Source: an uncultured Bacteroides sp. (GTDB taxonomy: Bacteria > Bacteroidota > Bacteroidia > Bacteroidales > JACABE01). Taken from it: a stretch of DNA of 64,000 nt. Of the stretch, positions 48,638 through 57,767 are shown one piece after another (position 1 is the stretch's first letter; each line of letters opens with the position of its first letter). The position numbers and the translations under genes are program-made. The notes below the pieces were generated by a model. That model saw nothing but the letters and a program-made list of their open reading frames with translations. It was not told the origin of the DNA and did not search any database. Location of the stretch: positions 21,917-85,916 of the forward strand of contig CAZWRD010000001.1 in NCBI GenBank assembly GCA_964636105.1. The letters run 5' to 3'.

Positions 48638-49168
48638 TTATGCATCAATATCAATTTTAAAAGCATTAAAAATCATATCGGCAGCCACTTGAGTTGCACC
48701 ATGATAAGTTGCTTCCAAAATTTCCTTATCTTCCCATCCTAAAACATGCAATTTTTCAACATCCTCTTTTGTAATTGAATTTGAATCTTTCACCACTTTC
48801 AATACAAAAAACAACATTGCTTTTTCATTATCTTCCAAAGGAACATTTTCAGGATTTTCCAAAATATCCTTCAGCATATCAGGAAAAACCCCATATTGAA
48901 ACAAAATACCTGCATTCATCCCAACACAATATTCACACTTTTCCTGTTCCGAAACCATCAAGCGAATAAAAGCCATCAACTTTCCTCCAATTTTTGGATG
49001 TTTGAAATAATAATTCAGGTTATTAACCTGTTGTCCCAAGACATGTTCGCTCGAACTATAAATCTTAAACGCATTGGGTACAAACCCCATCGAATCTATC
49101 ATCCGTTGATAAATTTCACCTACAAATCCTGTAGCTTCTTCTTTTTCTATCACTTTTATTAAAGACAT
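48638..49168 (-). CDS. Carboxymuconolactone decarboxylase / AhpD-like peroxidase-related family protein
   Basis: 176 aa. GFVPNAFKIY and the CxxC segment SEQEKCEYCVGMN are typical of the CMD/peroxidase-related family. The His that usually follows CxxCxxx is absent. Confidence 0.65.
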   Translation of the reverse strand: MSLIKVIEKEEATGFVGEIYQRMIDSMGFVPNAFKIYSSSEHVLGQQVNNLNYYFKHPKIGGKLMAFIRLMVSEQEKCEYCVGMNAGILFQYGVFPDMLKDILENPENVPLEDNEKAMLFFVLKVVKDSNSITKEDVEKLHVLGWEDKEILEATYHGATQVAADMIFNAFKIDIDA

Positions 49169-49186
49169 ATCTATTATTTATTTAAT

Positions 49187-49702
49187 TTAAAAATACAATT
49201 CCGCTGACGTAACAGTGTTGCTTTTATGCAACATTCTGTCATAAATAAAAATTTCAAATTTTACTGTATCCGAATGCAAATAAGGCTGCATTAGGTCAAC
49301 ATCCAATTTAGTGGTAAACTCTCCTTTAACCGAACCATTAGCGCTTACAGGTACAATATAAGGTATGCGATATTTAAACACTATCGTATCGTTTTGTTGT
49401 GTATTCTGATTAAAAACCACAAAAGGTTTATATAAACCGTTAATCTTCTCAAAAATATTAATATATAAATTGTAATGATAAATACTTGTAGAATCAAAAG
49501 GTGGAAAAACCTGATCGGAATACAAGCCTATATCACCATCGCCATCAGTAAATGAAATCACCAAATATCCCTTCTGATCAGTAACATCATTAATAAAACT
49601 TTTATATTCAATTACAGGTACTACCGGATATTCCTTTTCTTTTGAACAAGAAAAAATTCCAAAAATTGCTATTATTACAAGAATAAAGTATAATTTTGAC
49701 AT
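49187..49702 (-). CDS. Lipoprotein of unknown function
   Basis: Lipobox GIFSC and an acidic FTDGDGDIG motif. I recognise no family. It lies 18 nt upstream of the CMD gene on the same strand. The likely start is MSKLYF at 49702. Confidence 0.6.
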   Translation of the reverse strand: MSKLYFILVIIAIFGIFSCSKEKEYPVVPVIEYKSFINDVTDQKGYLVISFTDGDGDIGLYSDQVFPPFDSTSIYHYNLYINIFEKINGLYKPFVVFNQNTQQNDTIVFKYRIPYIVPVSANGSVKGEFTTKLDVDLMQPYLHSDTVKFEIFIYDRMLHKSNTVTSAELYF

Positions 49703-49802
49703 AAATTTCAAAAACATAATGATTACAATTGATTATTAGTCCTATTTAGCTCACTCAGTTAAAGGCATAAAATTACAAAAATAACTTAAACAATCATTAG
49801 GA

Positions 49803-50792
49803 ATGCAATTAAATACTTTAAAAAATAAAATATTCGGAATTCAGAACGACACTGAATTTAACGAAATTGCACTCGAAATATTTCGTTACCAATATAATAA
49901 TAATCATATTTATAAACAATTTATTGATATTAATGATTTCAAAATATCAGAAATAAATCATTATAAAAACATTCCGTTTCTACCAATAGAGTTCTTTAAA
50001 ACCCATAAGATATTAAGCAGCAACATAATCCCTGAAATATTTTTCGAAAGCAGTGGTACAAGCGGAATGACAAGAAGTAGGCATTACATCTCAAATATTA
50101 ATCTCTATGAAAAAAGTTTTCTGAAAAGTTTTGAAACATTTTTTGGAAACATAGCAAATTATTGTCTCATTGCACTTTTGCCAAATTATCAGGAACAAAA
50201 AAACTCATCACTTATATATATGATAAATAAATTAATTACAGCTACCCAAAATAATGATAGTGGATTTTATCTGTATAATTTAGAAAATCTGGCAAATAAA
50301 CTCATAGATTTAAAAGAAAAAAAACAAAAAACAATTTTATTTGGAGTTACTTATGCACTTTTAGATTTAGCCGAAAAGTTTCCGGTAAATATTCCAGAAG
50401 CTATTATTTTTGAAACTGGAGGGATGAAAGGAAGACGCAAAGAAATGATAAGAGAAGAATTGCATAATACACTTAAAACAGCATTTAAAGTAAATACAAT
50501 ACACGGCGAATATGGGATGACAGAACTCTTATCCCAAGCCTACTCAAAAGAAAATGGCAGATTTTATGCCCCAAAATGGATGAAAATACTAATACGCGAA
50601 ACAAATGATCCATTCTCAATACTCGACAACAATAAAACTGGAGGAATTAATATAATTGATTTGGCAAATATAGAATCATGCAGCTTTATAGCCACTCAAG
50701 ATTTAGGAATCCATTTTGAAGATGGAAGTTTTGAAATTTCGGGAAGGTTCGACAACAGTGATATCAGAGGCTGTAATCTGATGCATATATAA
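49803..50792 (+). CDS. LuxE/PaaK-like adenylate-forming acyl-protein synthetase family protein
   Basis: 329 aa. The N-terminal FRYQYNNN.IYKQF, IPFLPIEFFK and SSGTSG(M)TRSRH resemble LuxE-type acyl-protein synthetases. Many Bacteroidota annotate these as acyl transferase. Confidence 0.5.
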   Translation: MQLNTLKNKIFGIQNDTEFNEIALEIFRYQYNNNHIYKQFIDINDFKISEINHYKNIPFLPIEFFKTHKILSSNIIPEIFFESSGTSGMTRSRHYISNINLYEKSFLKSFETFFGNIANYCLIALLPNYQEQKNSSLIYMINKLITATQNNDSGFYLYNLENLANKLIDLKEKKQKTILFGVTYALLDLAEKFPVNIPEAIIFETGGMKGRRKEMIREELHNTLKTAFKVNTIHGEYGMTELLSQAYSKENGRFYAPKWMKILIRETNDPFSILDNNKTGGINIIDLANIESCSFIATQDLGIHFEDGSFEISGRFDNSDIRGCNLMHI

Positions 50793-50832
50793 AAAAAGAG
50801 GCTGTTACAAAATTGAAACAGCCTCTTTTTTT
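50790..50832. terminator. Bidirectional rho-independent terminator
   Basis: GAGGCTGTT (50797-50805) pairs with AACAGCCTC (50816-50824). It is flanked by A7 and T8 runs between convergent genes. Confidence 0.8.
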
Positions 50833-50848
50833 TATCAAAAAGTTTTAA

Positions 50849-51655
50849 TTATAAAACATTGATTTTTTTAGTAACAATACCTTTTTCTGTTTCAGTTGCT
50901 ACAAAGTAAACACCTGATTTTAATTCAGAAATAGCAATTTTAGCTACATTGTCTTTTACTAATTTTTCAATTACAACTTGACCAACTGTATTGTAAACTT
51001 TTACAGATTTAATAGTTGCAATAGAATTAACTGTGATAAAATCTGTAGCAGGATTAGGATAAACACTGATAGTGTTGTTTTCTGCTGTAATATCATTAAT
51101 TGAAGATGGTTGAGCAACTTTAATATCATCTACAAAAACAAAGAACATATCAGTTGATTGTTGAATAAAAGCAACACGGATAGTTTGTCCAGCTAATGAT
51201 TGCAAAGAATAAGATTTAGTTGAAAAAGCTGTATCTTCTTCAGCTGAAGCATAAGCATTGATAGTGAAATCAGTTTTGTTAATACCAGTTGTTGAAATTT
51301 TCACTTTTAAACCATCTTTATAATCAAAATCCTGAGCTTTTGATCTGAAAGTTAATGCTAAATTAGAACCTGCAGGTAAAGTGATTGCTGGAGTAATTAA
51401 CCAACGATCAGCAGCAACTACAGATGTAAACCAAGAAGGACTTCCAGCTACTTTATTTGCAGTATCGCCTGGTTGAGCTAAAACACTCCATGCTGTTGGA
51501 AACAAAGATGCTATATTAGCATGAGGAGTGTTGTTATCATTAATTAATGTGAAAGTTGATGGCATACTACCACCTTGGAAATTTTCAAAAAACACTTGTG
51601 AAAATGAAAATTTTCCGATAAATAAGATCGCTAATAAAATGTAAAATTTTTTCAT
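50849..51655 (-). CDS. T9SS type A CTD cargo with choice-of-anchor-J / MAM-like N-terminal domain
   Basis: Signal peptide MKKFYILLAILFIGKFSFSQ. The N-terminal domain reads FFENFQGG.MP..F......ADRWLITPAITLPAG...L.F. The C-terminal tail VYPNPATDFITV...LKSGVYFV is Por_Secre_tail type. I prefer the ATG at 51655. Confidence 0.8.
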   Translation of the reverse strand: MKKFYILLAILFIGKFSFSQVFFENFQGGSMPSTFTLINDNNTPHANIASLFPTAWSVLAQPGDTANKVAGSPSWFTSVVAADRWLITPAITLPAGSNLALTFRSKAQDFDYKDGLKVKISTTGINKTDFTINAYASAEEDTAFSTKSYSLQSLAGQTIRVAFIQQSTDMFFVFVDDIKVAQPSSINDITAENNTISVYPNPATDFITVNSIATIKSVKVYNTVGQVVIEKLVKDNVAKIAISELKSGVYFVATETEKGIVTKKINVL

Positions 51656-51770
51656 GATTTTTTTTAAATTTAAATTTATAATATTTTGAAGTGCAAATTT
51701 AAACAATATTTTTAAATTAAAATGCTTTTTTTTGTTTTTTTAATAACTTAATTTGGTTAAAAACAATCGT

Positions 51771-52181
51771 TTAATTTTCAATACCTTCCATAGCTTCTCT
51801 CCTATTCTCAGTTCTATTTACTTTTATTTTTTCTTTTTGTTTTTCAATAATTTCCAAATATTTTTGATATTGTTCGTCAGAAAGTAATTTTTTGATCTCT
51901 AAATTCTGATTTTCTTTTACAGCCTGTATTTCCGCTAACTTTTCACCACGCTTTGTTGGTTTAGTTGATCGCAATACCTTCAATTTTTCAATAGAGTTTA
52001 AAAGAACTTTTTCAACATTTAACTGCTGATCTTCTGTTAAATTACAAGCTTTTGCCAAAAATTTTGTCTGATTTTTTGCTCTTTCTTCAGGTGATTTTGT
52101 ATTCTGCATTTCTTGTTGAGCAAAAGTAAAATTGCTAATAAGTAAAATCAGAATTAATCCAACAAATCTTAAAGTCTTCAT
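51771..52181 (-). CDS. Small secreted helical protein with LTxxQ-like motifs (Spy/CpxP-like)
   Basis: Signal peptide ending FTFAQQ. K/E-rich helical sequence with LTEDQQ and LSDEQY motifs. Confidence 0.45.
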   Translation of the reverse strand: MKTLRFVGLILILLISNFTFAQQEMQNTKSPEERAKNQTKFLAKACNLTEDQQLNVEKVLLNSIEKLKVLRSTKPTKRGEKLAEIQAVKENQNLEIKKLLSDEQYQKYLEIIEKQKEKIKVNRTENRREAMEGIEN

Positions 52182-52244
52182 ATACATATTTATTTATTAT
52201 TTTTACTTAGAGTATTGAAAAGTAAAAAAGTTTAAAGAAAAAAA

Positions 52245-52622
52245 TTATTTTTTAAAATCCTGTAATTCAATTGCCTCAAATACCGCAAACAAAATATATA
52301 AAAGGAAAAAACTAATAATAAATGGAATAGCATCTGATTTGTGTGTAAAAACATATAATAACAAAACAATCAGAAGCAACATTAATTTAGAAAAAGTAAC
52401 TAACATATAATTGGTAGTAAACTTTGCAAAACTTTTTTCAGAACCTTTAAGAAGCAGGTAATGTGTTAATAATGTAATTGAAAAAAACAAAGGTATCAAA
52501 TATAAAAGAGCAGGTGTAACAAATGAAATTGGCAATAAAAATTTTGATAATAATGCAACTGCAAAAAGAACCATAGTAAATACTATGAGTTTCTTTATAA
52601 ATTTTTGAAAGATAAGGTTCAT
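52245..52622 (-). CDS. Small 4-TM membrane protein
   Basis: 125 aa with four hydrophobic segments. Its start shares one base with the upstream stop (TAATG). Confidence 0.6.
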   Translation of the reverse strand: MNLIFQKFIKKLIVFTMVLFAVALLSKFLLPISFVTPALLYLIPLFFSITLLTHYLLLKGSEKSFAKFTTNYMLVTFSKLMLLLIVLLLYVFTHKSDAIPFIISFFLLYILFAVFEAIELQDFKK

Positions 52623-52837
52623 TATTTTTTTATAAAGTCTTTAATAACATAAAATATAGCCAATGAAACAGATAACAATGAAAAAATTAAAGTAAAAATT
52701 GGCAATCCATTTGTAAAAAATTCATCAAGCTTAATACCTATATATACCCCTACCAAAATTATAAAAATCATTTGGAAAGCTATAGATGAATACTTTACGT
52801 AATCATTAAGAGAATTTTTAGGATTTTTCAGTTTCAT
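52622..52837 (-). CDS. AtpZ/AtpI-like small membrane protein
   Basis: YVKYSSIAFQMIFIILVGVYIGIKLDEFF plus a second TM matches the AtpZ/AtpI family pattern. The likely start is MKLKNPK at 52837. Confidence 0.6.
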   Translation of the reverse strand: MKLKNPKNSLNDYVKYSSIAFQMIFIILVGVYIGIKLDEFFTNGLPIFTLIFSLLSVSLAIFYVIKDFIKK

Positions 52838-53207
52838 TTTTAGAGTTGAACAAATTGTTATTCTTTCCACTATTCATATTACATGATCCAGAAAACTGAG
52901 CACCAGGCTCAATAGAAAGTTTATTGACTGTAATATCACCAATTAGCTTGGAAGTGCTTTTTAATGACAACATTTCCAACACATTAACATTAGCTTTTAC
53001 ACTTCCCGAAAAATCTGCATTTTGGCATACTATTTCACCCTCTACAGAACCAGTTGCACCAATTACAAGTTTCCCTTTAGCATTTATTGTTCCAATTAAG
53101 GTACCATCAATTCTGAAATCGCCATTTGCACTTATCTCACCTTTAACTAATGTTCCAGCTCCCAATATATTAATAGAGGAAGAATCAATTTCATTAACTT
53201 TTGCCAT
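52818..53207 (-). CDS. Bactofilin (polymer-forming cytoskeletal protein)
   Basis: Beta-helical repeats G.L.KGEI...GDFRIDG.L.G.I...GKLVIG..G.VEGEI, typical of the bactofilin/DUF583 fold. Confidence 0.85.
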   Translation of the reverse strand: MAKVNEIDSSSINILGAGTLVKGEISANGDFRIDGTLIGTINAKGKLVIGATGSVEGEIVCQNADFSGSVKANVNVLEMLSLKSTSKLIGDITVNKLSIEPGAQFSGSCNMNSGKNNNLFNSKNETEKS

Positions 53208-53282
53208 TACTCTGATTTTTTAAATTATAAACAAAATACAAACCTACATCTTTTTTATTAAAAAACAAAATTTTTCTATTTC

Positions 53283-56084
53283 CTATTTAGTTTTTAAATA
53301 GATACTATTGAAAAAACTCTGATATCCTTCTATATCTTTCAATTTCATTAATACATTAAAATTTGTATTTGAGATAACATTATCTATAGGATTTGCATTT
53401 GATATTGACGAATAGATATAATCATTGGCTTTGATAGCTTTATAATAAATTAAGGCATCATCAGCAGTCGAAAATTGAGTAACTGATATAATATGAGTAT
53501 TTTGATTATAAATAAAACTATTAATTTCTAAATTTGAAGATGAATAAAATTTGCGATTGAAATCAGAAATTTTAATTTTTAAAACATTAATATTTACCTT
53601 ACTGGCATCTATCAATAAAATAAAAAAATGGGGCGAAACTTCGTTAAAATTATAAGCAGACATGATACTTGGTTCTTGTTTTGGCAGTACAATTTTTGTG
53701 GTATCAGCTTTATTAATAGTAGTATTTGTCAAATCTGTTTTAGGCTTTTCGTTCTCTTTTTCTACTTTATTTTCCTTTGAAACTTTTTCTTTTTCTGCCT
53801 TTTTATTATTTTTATTTTTAGATTTATCATTGCTTTCGGCAATTATTTGACCACTTGATAAACTTATGTCTCCTTTTTTTAAATAATCCAATACCATTTG
53901 TGCCAAAGGAACAATTTCATGATTTGGATAGGTTGATATCAAATTATTCAAACCATTAACCAATGTATCTTTCCCAAAAATTTTACCTTTAGATAATGCT
54001 TTTAGATATTCAAATTTAGGATAAATGGGGGTGATTTTAAATTTTTCGGTAGCAATCTGATAATCTGCAATCACTTTACTATAATTACCTAAAACAAATT
54101 CTTTGTAAGTTTCTTCATATAGCAAATTCACTTCATTGTTTTTTGCTCTAATCTCTTTGTAATAATTTGGATCTGAAATAATTTTAGCATAATCACTTTC
54201 AGGATATTTAGAAAGAATCAAGCCTTTATAATAATCTCGTTTGGTAGTATTATTTAAATCACTAAATATACGATATAACTGATAATATGCTTTAAGCGTA
54301 TTTTTACCTTCGGGAAATCTATTAAGAAGCGTGTCGTAAGTTTCCTGAGATTTTCGTAAATCTTTTAAACCTTCATAATAAATATAGGCTGTATTAAACA
54401 AAGCTTCTTCAACTTTCTCTTTTGATTTAAGCATTTTTTCATCGGTAAGAGGAAGATTTTTTAAGTAATAATTTTTATTTTTAGGATTATTCGCATTTTT
54501 CAATGTATCTCCAGCATCTGTTGAGTTTTCCTCATCTGACAATTCAGCTTTTTGATCACCATAATCAAAAGTTTGCTTATTACTTATACGCCAAAGGTCT
54601 TCTAATTTTCGCTTCCCCCATTTCTTTCCAAATTCAGAAAACCCAAAGCTCATTGTAGATGGATTATAAAAATACCATTCACCCATCGCATTTTGTCCTT
54701 GAGCATTAGCTCCTGGTCGTTGATTTGAATTTTGTTGCAGAACATTTAATGCCATCCTATTGGAATTTTCTAATTCTTTTTGCAATTGTTCTTCTTTTAA
54801 AATCTGAGCAATTACATTATTTATCTTCATATCTCTAGCATCTGGTTTCATTTTCGCCATTGCTTGCAAACTATCCTGTACCTTAACTACTTGAATGTTT
54901 CTAACTAATTCATTCAATACATTCGTTTTGCTCTTTATTAATTCGTAATTTGGGAAATCTTTTGGCAAAAACATTACAGTACTATCATAATAAGCCTGAG
55001 CATTTTCATAATCTGGTAAATCAAAATAAATATCCGCTAGCTTTAATGCTGAAACTGCTTTTTGATAATTATTTCCAGCACTATTACTTACAGAAAGTTT
55101 TAAATAATTAACACCATTCTCAAAATCTTTATTTTTTATAGCAACCTCAGCCATAGCATAATAAATTTGATCAAGAAATTCTTTGTTCTTTTGATCCTTG
55201 AGCATTTTAGTAAGTTTTTTCATCAAATCTTTGCTATCGCCACTTTTAGCATCATAACACATTGCCAAATTTATTTTGGCATTAAATGCCATTTCGTAGG
55301 GTGGATTTTTTTTGATTACTTTTTTATAAAGTTCAGAAGCTTTGTTAAGTTCTCCTGATTTCTGATAAATCTGTGCTAATATATATTTTAACCTAGTTTT
55401 GGTGTCTTTTTTCCAATTTTGACTAATGGCTGGAATTATAAATCCAATGGCTGGCTCGTAATTTTCTTGCTTTATATAAAACTCAGCATAAGCCATATTC
55501 ATATCTCTTTCGAGGTATTTTGGGGCATTTCCTTCATTAATTTTATTTTTAACTTGATCGAGAAATGACTGGGATATACCATACTCTCCAATTTGATTAT
55601 TTGCTCTTGCCAACCAAATCATGGCATCATACTTAATAGAATTATTTTTAAATTGGCTCAAAATAAAATTAAATGTTCTAATAGAAGCTCTATAATCTTG
55701 CTTGTAATAATTAGCTTTCCCTATCATTAGATATGCATCATCTATCCATCTGATATGTTCTTTGCCTTTTATAAAAATAGAATGCATTTTTATAACTTTT
55801 GCAGCTTTTTCAATTGCTCTATCCATTTGTGGATTAACCTTTTGAGCTTCATCCTTGGTTCCCAACTGGTAAACAGGCAAAATTTTCGAATAATTATCCT
55901 TTGAGGAAGTGGCAAGTTCTTTTACACCTTCCTTCAAACTCTCATTACCATTCCAATAGGCATTGTAATGAGCCGTTAAATTATGATAAACTCTTCTTGT
56001 AAAAGTACTTTTTTTAGTTGAACATCCAACAGTAAAAAAAAGCAACAAGAGCAATGCGTATAAATATGTATTTTTCCTAATCAA
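53283..56084 (-). CDS. sprE: SprE/PorW-like T9SS-associated TPR lipoprotein
   Basis: Lipobox FTVGC, followed by STKKSTFTRRVYHNLTAHYNAYWNG, an N-terminus I associate with SprE/PorW. TPR units run throughout its 933 aa, with an internal K/E-rich low-complexity segment. Confidence 0.55.
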   Translation of the reverse strand: MIRKNTYLYALLLLLFFTVGCSTKKSTFTRRVYHNLTAHYNAYWNGNESLKEGVKELATSSKDNYSKILPVYQLGTKDEAQKVNPQMDRAIEKAAKVIKMHSIFIKGKEHIRWIDDAYLMIGKANYYKQDYRASIRTFNFILSQFKNNSIKYDAMIWLARANNQIGEYGISQSFLDQVKNKINEGNAPKYLERDMNMAYAEFYIKQENYEPAIGFIIPAISQNWKKDTKTRLKYILAQIYQKSGELNKASELYKKVIKKNPPYEMAFNAKINLAMCYDAKSGDSKDLMKKLTKMLKDQKNKEFLDQIYYAMAEVAIKNKDFENGVNYLKLSVSNSAGNNYQKAVSALKLADIYFDLPDYENAQAYYDSTVMFLPKDFPNYELIKSKTNVLNELVRNIQVVKVQDSLQAMAKMKPDARDMKINNVIAQILKEEQLQKELENSNRMALNVLQQNSNQRPGANAQGQNAMGEWYFYNPSTMSFGFSEFGKKWGKRKLEDLWRISNKQTFDYGDQKAELSDEENSTDAGDTLKNANNPKNKNYYLKNLPLTDEKMLKSKEKVEEALFNTAYIYYEGLKDLRKSQETYDTLLNRFPEGKNTLKAYYQLYRIFSDLNNTTKRDYYKGLILSKYPESDYAKIISDPNYYKEIRAKNNEVNLLYEETYKEFVLGNYSKVIADYQIATEKFKITPIYPKFEYLKALSKGKIFGKDTLVNGLNNLISTYPNHEIVPLAQMVLDYLKKGDISLSSGQIIAESNDKSKNKNNKKAEKEKVSKENKVEKENEKPKTDLTNTTINKADTTKIVLPKQEPSIMSAYNFNEVSPHFFILLIDASKVNINVLKIKISDFNRKFYSSSNLEINSFIYNQNTHIISVTQFSTADDALIYYKAIKANDYIYSSISNANPIDNVISNTNFNVLMKLKDIEGYQSFFNSIYLKTK

Positions 56085-56116
56085 AGCAAAATTTTCGTTT
56101 AATAACTCTTTTTTTG

Positions 56117-56124
56117 CAAATTTA
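56117..56124 (-). promoter_or_regulatory. -7 promoter box (TAaaTTTG on minus strand) upstream of the sprE-like gene
   Basis: The plus strand reads CAAATTTA, which is TAAATTTG on the gene strand. It lies 33 nt upstream of the ATG at 56084. Confidence 0.4.
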
Positions 56125-56292
56125 TTTTATTTTTTTGATTTTTTACTAAAATTTCAACTATTTTCATGCAAATAATAATACATCTGTTTGCATTAACAGC
56201 AATTAAACGTTATTTATTTGCTTATATTCAACAACTTGCATTTTTTTTCAATAAAAATGAATTATTTATTTCGATATTAAAGAGTTTTCGAT

Positions 56293-56300
56293 TACTTTTG
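56293..56300 (+). promoter_or_regulatory. -7 promoter box (TActTTTG) upstream of the zinc-ribbon signalling gene
   Basis: Exact TAnnTTTG, 40 nt upstream of the ATG at 56340. Confidence 0.45.
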
Positions 56301-56339
56301 TATGTTAATTAGAGAAATATTATACACGACAAAAAATAT

Positions 56340-57728
56340 ATGTATTCTGAAATCAACGGCAGAAAATTAAGTAATTCAGCAAATAAAGAAATTTATTTGA
56401 TTACTGATTACAAATTGCAAAACATAAAAAATGTTGTAATTTGCGATGCTTTAATTTTAGATTACTCTGATGATGAGGGTTGTAAGAATTTTATTAAAGA
56501 AATCAGAAACTCACTAATTGAATCAATTTATTTAGTACCTGTTTTTATATATTCTCAATACTCAGTAGTTGATGATTTTACAACCTATTTGAGTGATGGA
56601 GTATTTTCAATTATTAACGAACAAACTCTTGTAGAAAAAATACAAAATTTAATTCAACGTAGAGATCAACTGAAAGTAATTGAGGCTTCAACAACTGAAA
56701 GCCGAATAATAAATAAATTACTTAGATATCAATATACAAGAAATAAAGAATTACAACCTATCATTAATCACAAATCGCATATAGGGTATGAATTTCCACT
56801 TGTTAGTTCACATTTTCCTGATGAAGAATCGACAAGGCTAATCGCTATGCTGAACAATCTTTCTGAAAAAGATGTTTTTGTAAAACAATTTGTTGACAGA
56901 GTTCATATATGTAATCAATGTAATTCTGCTTTTTTAAATTATAGAGAAACTTGCCCAAAATGCAATTCGTATAATCTTGTAGCAGAAAGCCTTATACATC
57001 ATATTGAATGTGGTTACATTGGTTTAGAAAAAGCATTTGGAAATCCGCGACAACTCATTTGCCCCAATTGCGAAAAACAACTTTGGCAACTTGGCACCGA
57101 CTTCACAAAACCATCGGGAACATATAGTTGTAATAACTGCAAACATCTTTTTAGGGAATCAATAAAAAAAGCATTTTGTTTTAATTGCAAAAATACTTCA
57201 ACAATAGATTTACTTAATAATATAATTATAAGTAGTTATAAAATTACTGATAATGGTATAAAAATGGCTATTGGTGAACCTAAAAAAGAAATTGAGAAAA
57301 CAGAACCTAGCATTAGCGGTTTTGTTTCTTTTACAACTTTTACAACTTTTTTAGAATATGAAATTCAAAGAGCAAAAACGTCAAATACTTCAGTTTCAAT
57401 TGGAAAAATAAAAATTGATATTTCATTAAATGATAAGAATCGATTAGGAGTTAGATTATTAAAACTTGTTGAAGAAATTGGTGATTTTATTAAAAACACT
57501 TCTTCATCGGGAGATATTATTACTATTGGCCCAAACGATGTATTCTTAATTATTTCACCGTTTAACTCTTTAACAAAACTAGATTTTTTATTGGGCAATA
57601 TGCAAATTTCTGTTCAAAAAATGATAAGTATGGCTTTCCCAGATTTTGATATCAGTGTTAGAGTTAAGTCCAATTTTATAGATGGAAGAACTCAAAAAAA
57701 TGAAATGATAAATGATTTAATCAGATAA
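56340..57728 (+). CDS. Pseudo-receiver / multi-zinc-ribbon / degenerate GGDEF-like protein (function unknown)
   Basis: Residues ~20-105 are receiver-like (VVICDALILDYSDDEG, VPVFIYS). Residues 191-284 carry five CxxC pairs (CNQC, CPKC, CPNC, CNNC, CFNC). Residues ~325-450 align by eye to a GGDEF fold, but read TIGPNDVFLII at the signature position. Confidence 0.6.
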   Translation: MYSEINGRKLSNSANKEIYLITDYKLQNIKNVVICDALILDYSDDEGCKNFIKEIRNSLIESIYLVPVFIYSQYSVVDDFTTYLSDGVFSIINEQTLVEKIQNLIQRRDQLKVIEASTTESRIINKLLRYQYTRNKELQPIINHKSHIGYEFPLVSSHFPDEESTRLIAMLNNLSEKDVFVKQFVDRVHICNQCNSAFLNYRETCPKCNSYNLVAESLIHHIECGYIGLEKAFGNPRQLICPNCEKQLWQLGTDFTKPSGTYSCNNCKHLFRESIKKAFCFNCKNTSTIDLLNNIIISSYKITDNGIKMAIGEPKKEIEKTEPSISGFVSFTTFTTFLEYEIQRAKTSNTSVSIGKIKIDISLNDKNRLGVRLLKLVEEIGDFIKNTSSSGDIITIGPNDVFLIISPFNSLTKLDFLLGNMQISVQKMISMAFPDFDISVRVKSNFIDGRTQKNEMINDLIR

Positions 57729-57767
57729 GTATAATAACATAAAAAAGCCATCTGATATCGGTCTTTT

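Noticed and set aside
51771-52870. I expected ATP synthase structural genes (atpB, atpE and so on) after the AtpZ-like gene.
   Set aside because: The downstream ORFs are a 4-TM protein with no a-subunit or c-subunit motifs and a soluble secreted helical protein. No atp gene can be supported anywhere in the window.
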